Of a stretch of 64,000 bases of DNA, positions 19,033 to 29,468 are shown piece after piece (positions within the stretch are counted from its first letter, which is position 1; the number at the start of each line of letters is the position of its first letter). The DNA is from Candidatus Latescibacterota bacterium (GTDB lineage: Bacteria; Latescibacterota; UBA2968; UBA8231), in contig CBDFJF010000002.1 of NCBI GenBank assembly GCA_965248265.1, positions 3,360,001-3,424,000 on the forward strand, written 5' to 3'. Made by a program: the position numbers and the translations under genes. A model generated the notes under the pieces. It was not told where the DNA came from. It searched no databases and was given only the letters and a program-made list of their open reading frames with translations.

Positions 19033-20189
19033 TGCTCTGTTAAGAAATCGAGCTTGTACTTTGTCGTAAGTCGTGGTATCATGGATACATATGGTGAATC
19101 CGTCAGGAGGGTGATGCTATGTGTCTCCATGCTCGTTCGCCGAACGCGGCGGAGTCTAAGGAACTGGGACGGTGGCTGAAACGGCCTCGCAACGCCGTGC
19201 AGATGCGCCGTGGGCAGTTGATCTCGTTCAGCGCCCAGGGCATGCGCGTCCAGGAGATCTCGGATACACTGCATCTGCATGAGGAGTACGTTCGCCAGTT
19301 GATCCGCCAGTACAACGAAGGGGGATTGACGGTTTTGCGCACTCGGGCACGTCCGGGGCGTCCTTCGAAGTTGACGCCGGAGGACGAATCCGTGGTGGTG
19401 GAAATTGCCACGATGCCCCCCCGTGCATTCGGCCAGCCGTTCAACCAGTGGTCGTTGCGCAAGCTGACCGACTGCCTGGTGGGACGGCAGATGATTCCCG
19501 AGGTTTCGCATGTGACCATCGGAAAAATCCTGGATCAACATAAGGTTACCTATCAACGGACGCGCACCTGGAAAGAATCAAAGGACCCGGAGTTTGTCTC
19601 TAAAAAAAACGCATCAACCGACTCTACAAGCGGGCGCCGAAAGACACGGTCGTAGTCTGTTTCGACGAACTGGGACCAGTCCAGATCAAGCCGCATGCCG
19701 GTGCTTCCTGGGCCCCACACAAGCGCCCGGTCCGGCATCGGGCAACCTATAGCCGCCACGGCGGCGTCAGCTATTTCTTCGGAGCCTATAACGTCCATGA
19801 GGACATCCTGTGGATGCATCACAAACCCAAGAAACACGCGTCGGTCGTACTCGATTTCCTCAAGACCATTCGGCTCCGCTATCGCACGGCGGAGCGGATC
19901 TATGTCGTCATGGATAATCTGTCGACGCACAAGACACCGCCGATCCTGCAGTGGTGCCAACGAAACCAAGTCTCTCCAGTCTTCACCGCCACCAACGCGT
20001 CATGGATGAATCGGCTCGAATGTCACCTCACCGCAGCCCATTATTTCGTCATTAAAAACAGCGATCCCAACGATCATCGAGAAGTCGGCCAGCGCATGCA
20101 GGAGTACCTGAGGTGGCGAAACAAGAACACCGACAACGCCAAGCTGGCCAAAGTCCAAAACTCAATGCCCACTCTTTAACAGAGCACTA
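19030..20189 (+). mobile_element. IS630-family insertion sequence
   Basis: Perfect terminal inverted repeats (CTA)GTGCTCTGTTAA ... TTAACAGAGCAC(TAG); TA duplication at 19030-31 and 20188-89 within a CTAG target. Confidence 0.95.
19119..20179 (+). CDS. IS630 transposase, two ORFs joined by a -1 programmed frameshift
   Basis: OrfA is the HTH part (19119-19655). An A8 slippery run lies at 19602-19609. The -1 frame reads KKRINRLY..VCFDELG..MDNLSTHK..WMNRLE (DDE motif). Confidence 0.92.
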
Positions 20190-20194
20190 GCGGG

Positions 20195-21136
20195 TCAGCC
20201 CAGAAGGGTGTTCAGGTGCGTCGCGGCGGCGGCGGCTGTCGCCTGATGGTCGTACCCGCCCTCCAGGACAGAAACCAGGCGTCCCTGACAGTGCTCCCGC
20301 GCAAGCTGCACGACGATCTCCGTCATTCGTTCGAAGCCCTGCTCACTCAAGCGGATGCTGCTGAGTGGATCCCGTGCATGGGCATCGAATCCGGCTGATA
20401 TCAGGATGAACTCCGGACCGAAGGCCTCGATAGCCGGCCGTAGTTCACGGACAAAAACCTGCTCGTAATCGGCATCGCCGTACCCGGAAGGTACCGGGAC
20501 ATTCAGTGTCTGCCCCTGTCCAGTCCCGATGCCTCGCTCCTCCCGCAATCCGGTGCCGGGGTAGAGGGGGTGTTCGTGGACGCTGAAGAAGAACACGCTC
20601 GGGTCCTCCTCGAAGCAGTGCTGTGTCCCGTTGCCGTGGTGGACATCCCAGTCGATGATGGCGACGCGTTCCAACCCGTGTCGCTGCTGCAGATGACGGG
20701 CTGCGATGGCCACGTGGTTGAAGTAGCAAAACCCCATGCACTGTTCGTACTCGGCGTGATGTCCAGGCGGACGGTGGACGCAGAACGCGTGGGCAACCCG
20801 GCCAGTCATGACTTCGTCAACCGCCAGTAGCGTCCCTCCTGTGGCGTGTATGGCAGCCTCGAAGGTCCTCGGTGAGACCATGGTATCCGCGGTGATGGCG
20901 ATGGGCTGGCCAGCACCCGACCATGACTTGACCGAAGCCACGTGCTGGGGACTGTGCACGGTGGTGAGGTCACGTTCTTGTGCTGCCTTAGGAGTCAAGG
21001 CCACGAGTCCGTCGTGGCTGGGTCCTGATTCGACCGCGTTGAGAATGGAAACCAGACGCTCGGGGCATTCGGGGTGCGACGGACCGGAATCATGTTCGAG
21101 AGAAACTGGATGATAAATAAGGGCGGTCTTACCCAT
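20195..21136 (-). CDS. Histone deacetylase family protein
   Basis: [39 protein letters not shown] and LEGGY motifs. Confidence 0.95.
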   Translation of the reverse strand: MGKTALIYHPVSLEHDSGPSHPECPERLVSILNAVESGPSHDGLVALTPKAAQERDLTTVHSPQHVASVKSWSGAGQPIAITADTMVSPRTFEAAIHATGGTLLAVDEVMTGRVAHAFCVHRPPGHHAEYEQCMGFCYFNHVAIAARHLQQRHGLERVAIIDWDVHHGNGTQHCFEEDPSVFFFSVHEHPLYPGTGLREERGIGTGQGQTLNVPVPSGYGDADYEQVFVRELRPAIEAFGPEFILISAGFDAHARDPLSSIRLSEQGFERMTEIVVQLAREHCQGRLVSVLEGGYDHQATAAAAATHLNTLLG

Positions 21137-21593
21137 ACGAGTTGATTTCGGCTATGGCCCGTTTTCCCAGGATTCTGATGTCCTCGGCGATCTCGTCGGT
21201 CTCCAAGTCACCAGCTCGAAACCAACGGTAGTCGGTTGCTTCTGCCTCGGCGATGCGAACTCCGGAGTGGGGCGACTTGCAGCGCGCAAAGTAGACGAGG
21301 TCGATGTGTTGATGTTTGGGCGATATGTCCTCGAGAAGGATGCAGTGCGGTTGATGAAGTACGCGGACATCTCCCCACATACCCGAATGTCCTTCCAGGT
21401 CGACCTCGAGACCGGTTTCCTCTCGAACCTCACGTGCAGCGGCATCATCGGGCAGCTCGTGCGGATCGATATGTCCCCCGGGAGGCAGCCAGGCCTGCAT
21501 TTTCTTGTGCCACAACAGCAGGGTCCTGTCGCCGTCGACGACGAAGGTCGTTGCCGTGAAGTCGCGGGTAAGTTCGTCGGCAGGGGTGTCCAT
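21129..21593 (-). CDS. NUDIX hydrolase
   Basis: [23 protein letters not shown] Nudix box. Confidence 0.93.
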   Translation of the reverse strand: MDTPADELTRDFTATTFVVDGDRTLLLWHKKMQAWLPPGGHIDPHELPDDAAAREVREETGLEVDLEGHSGMWGDVRVLHQPHCILLEDISPKHQHIDLVYFARCKSPHSGVRIAEAEATDYRWFRAGDLETDEIAEDIRILGKRAIAEINSYG

Positions 21594-21822
21594 AATTCGT
21601 TGTGGCAGAATGTGTTGAGGTTAGCTATTCGAAGGGGTTATCATTTCAGCTGGGTTTTCAAGTCGGAAATCTCACCATATTCAGAAAGCTAGTCCAAATC
21701 TATCGACGGATTCTGCCGATAGAGTGGATGGAGTGCGCAGGGTACGGCGTGTGAAGAACATGCGAAACCGTGCACTGCACAGTGTATGCAGAAGGCTGTA
21801 TCCTCCAAGCTGTCCATAATCC

Positions 21823-21852
21823 TTGACAGTGCCAGCTTCCCAAGACTATACT
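21823..21852 (+). promoter_or_regulatory. Sigma70 promoter of the MinD/FlhG-like gene
   Basis: TTGACA-N18-TATACT. Confidence 0.65.
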
Positions 21853-21915
21853 AAGTCCTTGCATAACAGCAAGGTAGGGTTAGTTGGACGAGGCCGGCCA
21901 CGGCGGGAAACGGAA

Positions 21916-22953
21916 ATGACTGCGCAGCCCAAATTTCAGAACACGTCTGTTTCTGACGTCATCGTCCTCGACAGCCAAGCTCCGGAGACCATCATCTGGC
22001 CTGTTGCAGGTGGGAAAGGCGGGACCGGAAAGTCGACCCTCACCGCCAACATCGGCGTCGGTCTTTCCATGTTGGGATACAAAGTTATCCTGGTGGATGG
22101 TGATTTGGGCGGGGCCGACTTGCACTTGTTTTTCGACCAGATCGCACCCGCCCGCAGCCTCAGCAGTTTTCTCTCGAAAGAGGTCGCCTCGCTGAACGAA
22201 GTCCTGCTGCCGACTCCCAATGAAAACCTGCGTATTGCCTGTGGTGGTAATGAGTTGGTGGGGATGGCCAACCTCTCTTACTCCGCCAAAGCCAAGCTGA
22301 TGCGCCACATTCGCACCCTGGACGCAGATTATGTGCTGATCGATCTCGGCGCTGGATCTTCCTACAACACCCTCGATTTCTTCACGCTATCAGAGAACGG
22401 TATCATCGTCTCGACGCCTGAACCCCATGCACGGGTGGATGCGTACGGATTCATCAAGAACAGCGTCTACCGGAAGCTGCGCCGGCATTTCAACAAGAAT
22501 GAAGAGATCACGAATGAGATCACCGCCTTCGCTCGCAAGGACGGCCGCAAATCCGGGCGGGTCTCTGATCTCATCAAGCGGTTGGCCGCCGTCGATGCCC
22601 TGTCAGCGACGGAGGCGTACGACCTGTTGCAGGCCTACCGTCCCAAGTTGATCATGAACCGGGTGCGCAACCGCAGGCACATTGAGGAAGCGCACCGATT
22701 CGTCAGCCTGGTTGAAGACTATCTGTCTATCCGCCTGGAGTACGTCGGGTATGTGCGCAACGACGACAAGATTCTTGATGCGTGTGAACGTCGCAAGCCG
22801 ATCCTGTTGCACGCGCCGAAGGCCTCGTCCTCGACTGACCTCTACAATGTGCTGATGAGCGGTTTGCATGTACCCGACCGTTTGCACCGGCTAACTGCCC
22901 GCCAGGCTCGCAAGCTGTCGCAGGTGGCCAAGGCCGAAGCCAAGTTCTGGTAG
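21916..22953 (+). CDS. MinD/FlhG-like P-loop ATPase
   Basis: Deviant Walker A GGKGGTGKS, VDGDLGGADL, DLGAG and DAYGFIK. Confidence 0.9.
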   Translation: MTAQPKFQNTSVSDVIVLDSQAPETIIWPVAGGKGGTGKSTLTANIGVGLSMLGYKVILVDGDLGGADLHLFFDQIAPARSLSSFLSKEVASLNEVLLPTPNENLRIACGGNELVGMANLSYSAKAKLMRHIRTLDADYVLIDLGAGSSYNTLDFFTLSENGIIVSTPEPHARVDAYGFIKNSVYRKLRRHFNKNEEITNEITAFARKDGRKSGRVSDLIKRLAAVDALSATEAYDLLQAYRPKLIMNRVRNRRHIEEAHRFVSLVEDYLSIRLEYVGYVRNDDKILDACERRKPILLHAPKASSSTDLYNVLMSGLHVPDRLHRLTARQARKLSQVAKAEAKFW

Positions 22954-23059
22954 GTGGCTGTCTCCAGCTGATGAGCAATTTCGTCCCCAACCCGCCCACG
23001 AATGCTGGGATGGGGGATGGGCGGGATGAATCTCTCTCCTCCTCTCTGCGCAATACTCG

Positions 23060-24139
23060 ATGAATAGCACCTCTTGGACCAAGGGCTCGCTACTCGAGCG
23101 CCTGGCGGTAAAACGCCTCGCCGGGGCCGGCGACGGCCCGTCGAAGGTTTTCGACGTATTTGGCGAATTGCACCGGGTCCGTAAGATCTTGATTCTTCCC
23201 AGCGACAGGGTAGGGGGACTGTTCCTTGGCGCGCCTGTGTACAAAGCGGTGCGCCAAAAGTATGAGAGTTCCTCCATAAGTCTGTTCTCCGATCAGCGCA
23301 TGGCCGGGGTTGCACGCTACATACCTTTCGTGGACGAAGTCATCTCCGGCGATTTGAGGCAACCGACCTGGCGCAACGCTTTTTCCGGGACCGTGGATCG
23401 GCTGAGGCGCGAGCAATTTGACCTGGCGCTGTGCCTTGGGACCGACTGCAGCTTTCGTCTGGCCCAGGTGTGTGGAGCGAGTGGTGCCCGCCTGCGGGTT
23501 GGGTTCAAACGAGATGACAACACGGCACAGCCCTTCAACATCGAACTTGTGCGCACGTCGTCCGACACCTACGAAGTGGATCAGTACGCGGGTCTGCTTC
23601 GATTGCTGGGTATACCTGGCGGCGATGAGGTGCGCTGGACGATTTCTGCGGAGAAAGCGCAGCAGGTCCGGGACCGCTATCTGGATGGGGAATTTGCCGG
23701 CCGCCAGGTCGTCGCGGTTGATCTTGGGAAGGGTGAGCGGCATGGCATGTCCAGTCGGCAGATGGAAGACGTGGTCGGCAGGGTTATCGAGCGTCGCGGA
23801 CGCGCCGTCGTTTTCTTTTCGCTCGCGGAGAAAAAGCAGGTCAACTATCTTAAAAGGACGTACGGGAATCGGATACTTGCCTTCGACCAACAGGATCTAG
23901 CTGCTGTCGCGGCTCTTCTCGAAGGATGCCGAGCTCTGATCTCGTGCAACACCGATCTGCTTCACCTGGCGATCTCCTTGCACATCCCTGCCGTCGGGAT
24001 CATTGATGACAATCCACGACGCTGGATATCCACCCGAAACCCGCTGGTAAAAGTAGTCGCCACCAGGGACATGCGGGCATTGCGGATTGCCGAGGTTGTT
24101 GAAGCACTCGAGGCCGCCCTCAAAGAAGAGTCTGCGTGA
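23060..24139 (+). CDS. Glycosyltransferase family 9 (heptosyltransferase-like), divergent
   Basis: KILIL, FDLAL, RLRVGF and LHLAISLHIPAVG motifs. Confidence 0.8.
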   Translation: MNSTSWTKGSLLERLAVKRLAGAGDGPSKVFDVFGELHRVRKILILPSDRVGGLFLGAPVYKAVRQKYESSSISLFSDQRMAGVARYIPFVDEVISGDLRQPTWRNAFSGTVDRLRREQFDLALCLGTDCSFRLAQVCGASGARLRVGFKRDDNTAQPFNIELVRTSSDTYEVDQYAGLLRLLGIPGGDEVRWTISAEKAQQVRDRYLDGEFAGRQVVAVDLGKGERHGMSSRQMEDVVGRVIERRGRAVVFFSLAEKKQVNYLKRTYGNRILAFDQQDLAAVAALLEGCRALISCNTDLLHLAISLHIPAVGIIDDNPRRWISTRNPLVKVVATRDMRALRIAEVVEALEAALKEESA

Positions 24140-24164
24140 GAGAGATGAGACAGGAGTTATCTGC

Positions 24165-24356
24165 ATGCAAGAGATGATAGAACCCGATCGCACGATCATG
24201 ATCGTTTCGATCATCGGTCTGGTGATAATCTGGGGAAGTGTGGCCTATCGAAAGTTCGCTCAAAAGGGAGGCACTCCAGCCCTGAAGAGCGCCAAGTCTG
24301 GCACACCATCCGACGATTCCACGGGCGCTCCAGCAGAAGGGTTGCCCGGGAAATAG
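24165..24356 (+). CDS. Small single-pass membrane protein (63 aa)
   Basis: AGGAG SD and the hydrophobic segment IMIVSIIGLVIIWGSVAY. Confidence 0.6.
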   Translation: MQEMIEPDRTIMIVSIIGLVIIWGSVAYRKFAQKGGTPALKSAKSGTPSDDSTGAPAEGLPGK

Positions 24357-24450
24357 CAAAGCGCCAAGAGCACCGTGTGGCGCAAGAATCGATGACCAGC
24401 TTCGGGGGGAAGGCACTGTGCCCGAAGTGAAGAGAGAGGATTGTTAGAGA

Positions 24451-25719
24451 ATGGCGACTGAAGTGGTGATGCCCAAGCTCGGACTGACCATGGAACAGGG
24501 TACGATAGGTTCCTGGTTGGCCGCGGAGGGGGACCAGGTAAAAAAGGGAGAGCCGTTGATCGAAGTGGTCACGGACAAGGTTACGATGGAGGTGGAGGCA
24601 CAAGTCTCGGGCGTTTTGCGAAAGATCGTCGTGGAAGCAGGAACCGAAGTACCGGTCGCCACGCTGGTAGGGGTTATCGGTAGTCCCGATGAGGATATCA
24701 CCGACTTGCTGAACGCCGGCTCTGGAGCGGCGCCCGCACCCGAGCCGACCATTGCAGCGCCACCTGCTCCTCCTCCTGCGCCCGGTCCGGCAGCTCCGGC
24801 ACCCGTAACGGTGACACCGGCTGCTGTTGTTGCTGCTGCTGCGGATGGGCGTCCACATCGGGCCTCGCCAAAGGCGCGCAGGATAGCGGCTGAGCGTGGC
24901 ATTGACCTGGCGATGATTGCCGGCACCGGTCCCGGAGGCAGGATCGTCAGTGCGGATGTCCTGACCGGTGGTTTGGCCCCGGTCGCCGCACCGTCAGCAG
25001 CCACCGTGAGTGCACCAGTTATCACGGCACCGGTTCCGGCAGGCGCCGGAATTGAAGTAGAGTTGACTCGTCCGCAGCAGGTGGCTGCCGAACGTCTGAC
25101 CGCGAGCTATCAGCAGGTCCCGCACATCCATGTGTGGATGGAAATTTCGGCAGTCTGGATGCAACAGTTTCGCCAGGGCTACGCGCTCGAGGGCAAAAAG
25201 GTCTCGTTCAACGACTTGATCGTGAAAGCGAGCGCTAGAGTCTTGAGCGAATTCCCGCGTTTCAACAGTCACTTCGTCAACGGCAAGATTCACCAGTTGA
25301 GCCAGGTCGATATCGGTATCGCCACTGACACGCCTTCCGGGCTCATGGTACCGGTCCTGCGCGACGTGGCCCAGAAATCCGTCGAGGGAATCGCCGTTGA
25401 TTCGGCGACCTTGGTGGACCGCACTCGCAGGGGAGCGCTGGGGCCCGATGAGATGGTGGGTGGAGGTTTCACGATTTCGAATCTGGGCATGTTTGGCGTT
25501 TCCAGATTCACCGCCATCATCAATCCTCCGCAGGTAGCCATCCTCGCCGTCGGCGCTATCGAAAATAGGGTCGTAGCGCTCGACAACGGTGCCCTTGCGA
25601 GCCGTCCCTGCATGTCAGTTGACCTGGCTGGCGATCATCGAGCAGTTGACGGTGCTTCCTGCGCTCGTTTCCTGCAACGGCTCAAGGAAGTGCTGGAGAC
25701 GCCAGGGTTGCTGGCCTGA
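24451..25719 (+). CDS. Dihydrolipoamide acyltransferase (E2 component)
   Basis: Lipoyl TDKVTME, Ala/Pro linker, E3-binding GTGPGGRI and catalytic DHRAVDG. Confidence 0.95.
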   Translation: MATEVVMPKLGLTMEQGTIGSWLAAEGDQVKKGEPLIEVVTDKVTMEVEAQVSGVLRKIVVEAGTEVPVATLVGVIGSPDEDITDLLNAGSGAAPAPEPTIAAPPAPPPAPGPAAPAPVTVTPAAVVAAAADGRPHRASPKARRIAAERGIDLAMIAGTGPGGRIVSADVLTGGLAPVAAPSAATVSAPVITAPVPAGAGIEVELTRPQQVAAERLTASYQQVPHIHVWMEISAVWMQQFRQGYALEGKKVSFNDLIVKASARVLSEFPRFNSHFVNGKIHQLSQVDIGIATDTPSGLMVPVLRDVAQKSVEGIAVDSATLVDRTRRGALGPDEMVGGGFTISNLGMFGVSRFTAIINPPQVAILAVGAIENRVVALDNGALASRPCMSVDLAGDHRAVDGASCARFLQRLKEVLETPGLLA

Positions 25720-25762
25720 GCACAGCGCGACCGCAGTGCGACCATAGAATCGATACGGGCTG

Positions 25763-26551
25763 ATGGCACCTGCACCCGACGTCCGTCGCGAAGACGCCAT
25801 CAAGAAGATCGTTCTCGAGGCCTACGAAGATCCCGATATTGTTTCCCGATACATTCACGTCGGTCTGTGGCCGGCGGAAGAGAATCTATTCCTCGATTTC
25901 GTGGCCGAAGAGGCTACCGTCCTCGACCTGGGGTGTGGCGCAGGGCGAACTACGATTCCGCTGGCCGAGATGGGGTTGAAAGTGGTCGGCGTCGATCTGA
26001 GCGATGCGATGGTCGAAGCCGCGCGCGAACAGGCCACCGAGGCCGGACTGGAGGTCGAGTTCTCCGTCATGGATGCCATGGCCCTCGATTTTCCCGATGC
26101 TCATTTTGACGCTGCCCTGTTTTCCTACAACGGAATCGAGCTGATTCCGGGCAGTTCGGGTAAACGGCGCGTCTTTGAGCAGATTCATCGCGTTCTCAAG
26201 CCCCGGGGTCGGTTCATCTTCTGTTCCCATTCGCCGTTCGCATTTAACCGCTTCGCCCCAATGAGACTCAAGGCCTTACTGCGTTTTCTGGCAGGCAGGG
26301 TTCTGGGTGTCCCGGTCCGGGAACGCGAGATCGGCGAGCGCTTCGTAGACGATGAGTGGGAAGAGGCCAGGTACCTGCAGGTGTTGCCTCCATCCGTCCT
26401 CATCCGGCTGTTGCGCGAATCCGGCTTTGAATTGGTCTACTTCAACACGCGTGGACGCATCGAATCGACGCGCAACTGGGGCTGGAGAGGGCTTTTCGAG
26501 GATGGCGAGCGGTTTTATGTGGCAGAGAAGAGTGTGGAGACCAGGCCGTAA
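25763..26551 (+). CDS. Class I SAM-dependent methyltransferase
   Basis: VLDLGCGAGR, FDAA and RVLKPRG motifs. Confidence 0.92.
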   Translation: MAPAPDVRREDAIKKIVLEAYEDPDIVSRYIHVGLWPAEENLFLDFVAEEATVLDLGCGAGRTTIPLAEMGLKVVGVDLSDAMVEAAREQATEAGLEVEFSVMDAMALDFPDAHFDAALFSYNGIELIPGSSGKRRVFEQIHRVLKPRGRFIFCSHSPFAFNRFAPMRLKALLRFLAGRVLGVPVREREIGERFVDDEWEEARYLQVLPPSVLIRLLRESGFELVYFNTRGRIESTRNWGWRGLFEDGERFYVAEKSVETRP

Positions 26552-26589
26552 TGCCGATAGGATAACAACGGCAAACGGGTACACATTTA

Positions 26590-26766
26590 ATGAGCTGCGA
26601 ATCGAACCAATCGACAGAGCCAGACCACAGCGATCTTGCGCGCACCTTTCTCGAGTGCGGCTATGTGGCGACAGCCAAACCTCCATGCGGGGCTCTCATC
26701 GCAGATCTCCTGGGTGCTCTGGAGGCGTCGGCAATGCTTCCACAAGAGCAGAGCAAGGAGCTGTAG
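26590..26766 (+). CDS. Possible 58-aa hypothetical protein
   Basis: Hand-translated MSCESNQSTEPDHSDLARTFLECG...EQSKEL*, filling an otherwise empty gap; no clear SD. Confidence 0.3.
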   Translation: MSCESNQSTEPDHSDLARTFLECGYVATAKPPCGALIADLLGALEASAMLPQEQSKEL

Positions 26767-26828
26767 CGTTGTAGACTAGACAAGCAGGATAGCCGGCGAT
26801 TGTAGGGCTATTGGAGTCCTTCCAGTTC

Positions 26829-26857
26829 TTGACCCACCCTTGGCGCCGCATTATCTT
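26829..26857 (+). promoter_or_regulatory. Sigma70 promoter of ftsH
   Basis: TTGACC-N17-TATCTT. Confidence 0.55.
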
Positions 26858-27009
26858 CCCTAACGGTGGCCCTAACTGATTTGCCTTCAGTTCGTTAAAG
26901 CATTCGCGCCGGCATTCGACCGGAGCGCGTACTCCAATCCAATTGTACAAATCCAACGACTGGTTGCAGGCCCGCCAGCGTTCCCCGCCATCGCAAGAGA
27001 GCATTCGAC

Positions 27010-28863
27010 TTGAAACTCGATCGCAAAGCCCAACTCTCGATCGCCTACGCCGTTCTTACGGTCCTGATGCTGTTGCTGATGCAGCAGTATTTCGAAAGCC
27101 AGATCGAGAGTCTTTCCTATAGTGATTTCCGTCGGATGGTCACTGAGGGACAGGTCAGCGAGTGCTACATAGGAACCGATCTGATAAGCGGCACCTACCT
27201 CGATAACGATGGAGAAGAGCGCTCGTTCACAGTTACTCCCATTGACGATGCCGGGCTCGTCGACCTGCTGCTGGAGCATGGAGTCGAGGTCTCCGGAAAG
27301 CCGGCCAACCCCTGGTTCAACTCTTTGCTGTCGTGGGTCCCCATACTACTGATTTTTGGCGTGTTCTGGATGTTTATGGCGCGGCGTCTGGGTGGGGGGT
27401 CCGGCGGACTCATGTCTATAGGCAAGAGCAAAGCCAAGGTGTACATGGAAAAGGGCACCGGGATCACCTTCGATGACGTCGCCGGTATCGACGAGGCGAA
27501 GGAGGAACTGCAGGAGGTTGTTGAATTCCTCAAGACTCCAGAGCGCTTCCAAGCACTCGGTGGTCGTATTCCTCGCGGTGTCCTGCTGGTGGGCCCACCG
27601 GGAACCGGCAAGACGCTGCTGGCCAAAGCAGTAGCCGGAGAGGCAGAGGTGCCGTTCTTTTCGATCAGTGGTTCGGATTTCGTTGAGATGTTCGTCGGAG
27701 TGGGGGCAGCCAGGGTTCGCGATCTGTTCGACCAGGCCAAGAAGCACGCACCGGCCATCGTTTTTATCGACGAACTCGATGCCCTTGGCAAGGCACGCGG
27801 CGGTGGTTATCCCGGCGGCCACGATGAACGTGAGCAAACCCTCAACCAGTTGCTGACGGAGCTCGATGGGTTCGAGACCAATGACGGCGTGATTCTGATG
27901 GCGGCGACGAATCGTCCCGAGATTCTCGATCCTGCTCTGCTGCGGCCGGGTCGCTTCGATCGTCGAGTGGGCGTCGAGCGCCCGGACGTCAAAGGGCGTG
28001 AAGCGATCCTGAAGATCCACGCCAAAACGGTAAAGCTTGGAGATGATGTTGATCTGCCGAAGCTGGCCATGCGAACGCCCGGTCTGGCAGGCGCTGATCT
28101 TGCCAATGTCGTGAACGAAGCGGCATTACTGGCAGCGAGGCGCAACAAAAAGGTCATAACCATGCCGGAGTTCGAGGAAGCGATCGAACGCAGCGTCGCC
28201 GGGTTGGAGCGCAAGAGCCGGGTCATCACGGAGAAGGAGCGCCGGGTGACCGCTTACCATGAAGCCGGCCATGCGGTAGTCGGTGAGCTCAGCCTTCATG
28301 CCAATCCGATCCAGAAAATCTCGATCGTGTCCCGGGGCTCAGCCCTGGGGTACGTCCTCAACATGCCCACCGAGGATCGGTATACTCAGAGCAAAGAAGA
28401 GCTGCTCGCCACGATCACGATGGCTCTTGGGGGCCGGGCAGCTGAGGAAGTCTTTTTCGGGGAGGCCTGGACGGGCGTGACCACTGATTTGCAAACGGTT
28501 ACTGCCATCGCAGAGGCGATGGTCAAAGAGTACGGGATGAGTGATGACCTCGGACTGGTGGCCCACGCCGAGGACCGGCGCAATCCCTTCCTCAACATGG
28601 TACCGGGCGAACGCGCCTACAGCGAGGAGACCGCTCGCAAGATCGATGCTGAGGTTGCCCGCATCGTCGACGATTGCTACGGCAAAGCCACACAGATCCT
28701 GCGCGACCATCGCCAAGCAGTCGACCGGGTGGTCGAGCTATTGCTGGAGAGTGAAGTAATGGATGGGGATGAGCTGCGGGCGATTCTAAATGGCAAGGAA
28801 TCCAAGGCCAACGGCAAAGAGCCCGAAGCAATCTCCACACCTGATCCCAAGGCTGCATCGTAG
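27010..28863 (+). CDS. ftsH: ATP-dependent zinc metalloprotease FtsH
   Basis: Two TM helices, [17 protein letters not shown] and HEAGH. Confidence 0.98.
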   Translation: MKLDRKAQLSIAYAVLTVLMLLLMQQYFESQIESLSYSDFRRMVTEGQVSECYIGTDLISGTYLDNDGEERSFTVTPIDDAGLVDLLLEHGVEVSGKPANPWFNSLLSWVPILLIFGVFWMFMARRLGGGSGGLMSIGKSKAKVYMEKGTGITFDDVAGIDEAKEELQEVVEFLKTPERFQALGGRIPRGVLLVGPPGTGKTLLAKAVAGEAEVPFFSISGSDFVEMFVGVGAARVRDLFDQAKKHAPAIVFIDELDALGKARGGGYPGGHDEREQTLNQLLTELDGFETNDGVILMAATNRPEILDPALLRPGRFDRRVGVERPDVKGREAILKIHAKTVKLGDDVDLPKLAMRTPGLAGADLANVVNEAALLAARRNKKVITMPEFEEAIERSVAGLERKSRVITEKERRVTAYHEAGHAVVGELSLHANPIQKISIVSRGSALGYVLNMPTEDRYTQSKEELLATITMALGGRAAEEVFFGEAWTGVTTDLQTVTAIAEAMVKEYGMSDDLGLVAHAEDRRNPFLNMVPGERAYSEETARKIDAEVARIVDDCYGKATQILRDHRQAVDRVVELLLESEVMDGDELRAILNGKESKANGKEPEAISTPDPKAAS

Positions 28864-28908
28864 GTTTGGGAAGCCCAGTCTCTGGGCTTGAACCGCTCTC
28901 AACAGAGT

Positions 28909-29364
28909 CTAAGCCTGAGCGATGACCTCCAGTTCGACCGCGGCAGCCAGCGGTAATTCGCTGACACCAACGGCCAAACGCGCGTGCACGCCTCGATCAC
29001 CCAACACCTCCTTCATCAGGTCGGAAGCTCCGTTGACGACCTTGGCTTGATCCGTAAAACCGGCTGCCGAGCACACAAACCCGCTCATACGCACGATCTG
29101 CTTGATCTGATCGAGCGAACCGATCTCAGCCTCTATTACGCTGAGTGCATTGAGGGCGCACAACTGGCTGGCAGCATACCCTTCGTCAACTGACAGATCA
29201 GCTCCGATCTTCCCGGTGTAGGCGATCACGCCGTCTCGAAGCGGCAATTGTCCCGCGACAAAGATGAGGCCTTCAACACGCACCGCGCGGGTGTATGCAC
29301 CAGCCGGTTGAGGGGGTTCAGGCATGCTCAATCCGAGTTCGCTCAGTCTATCGCGTGCAGACAT
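28909..29364 (-). CDS. RidA/YjgF family protein
   Basis: [20 protein letters not shown] and AAVELE motifs. Confidence 0.92.
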   Translation of the reverse strand: MSARDRLSELGLSMPEPPQPAGAYTRAVRVEGLIFVAGQLPLRDGVIAYTGKIGADLSVDEGYAASQLCALNALSVIEAEIGSLDQIKQIVRMSGFVCSAAGFTDQAKVVNGASDLMKEVLGDRGVHARLAVGVSELPLAAAVELEVIAQA

Positions 29365-29468
29365 GGTATCTATTCCCGGGGAGTTGAGTTTGAGCCAGAA
29401 GATCGAGAAGCGGCGGCCAATATACTCGAGTCCGAGGTCGATGAGCAAATCACAGATAGGCCTGGTGC

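Noticed and set aside
19119-20179. IS630 transposase as a frameshifted pseudogene
   Set aside because: The split lies at an A8 slippery run typical of programmed frameshifting, and the DDE motifs and IRs are intact.
21823-21915. N-terminal extension of the MinD/FlhG ORF from TTG 21823
   Set aside because: That TTG is the -35 box of a promoter; ATG 21916 is the more plausible start.
24720-24845. GCT/CCT-rich tandem-like repeats
   Set aside because: They encode the normal Ala/Pro linker of E2.
26552-27009. Known riboswitch or ncRNA upstream of ftsH
   Set aside because: No recognisable conserved motif; the gap is explained by a possible small ORF plus a promoter. An Rfam search would be needed to exclude one.
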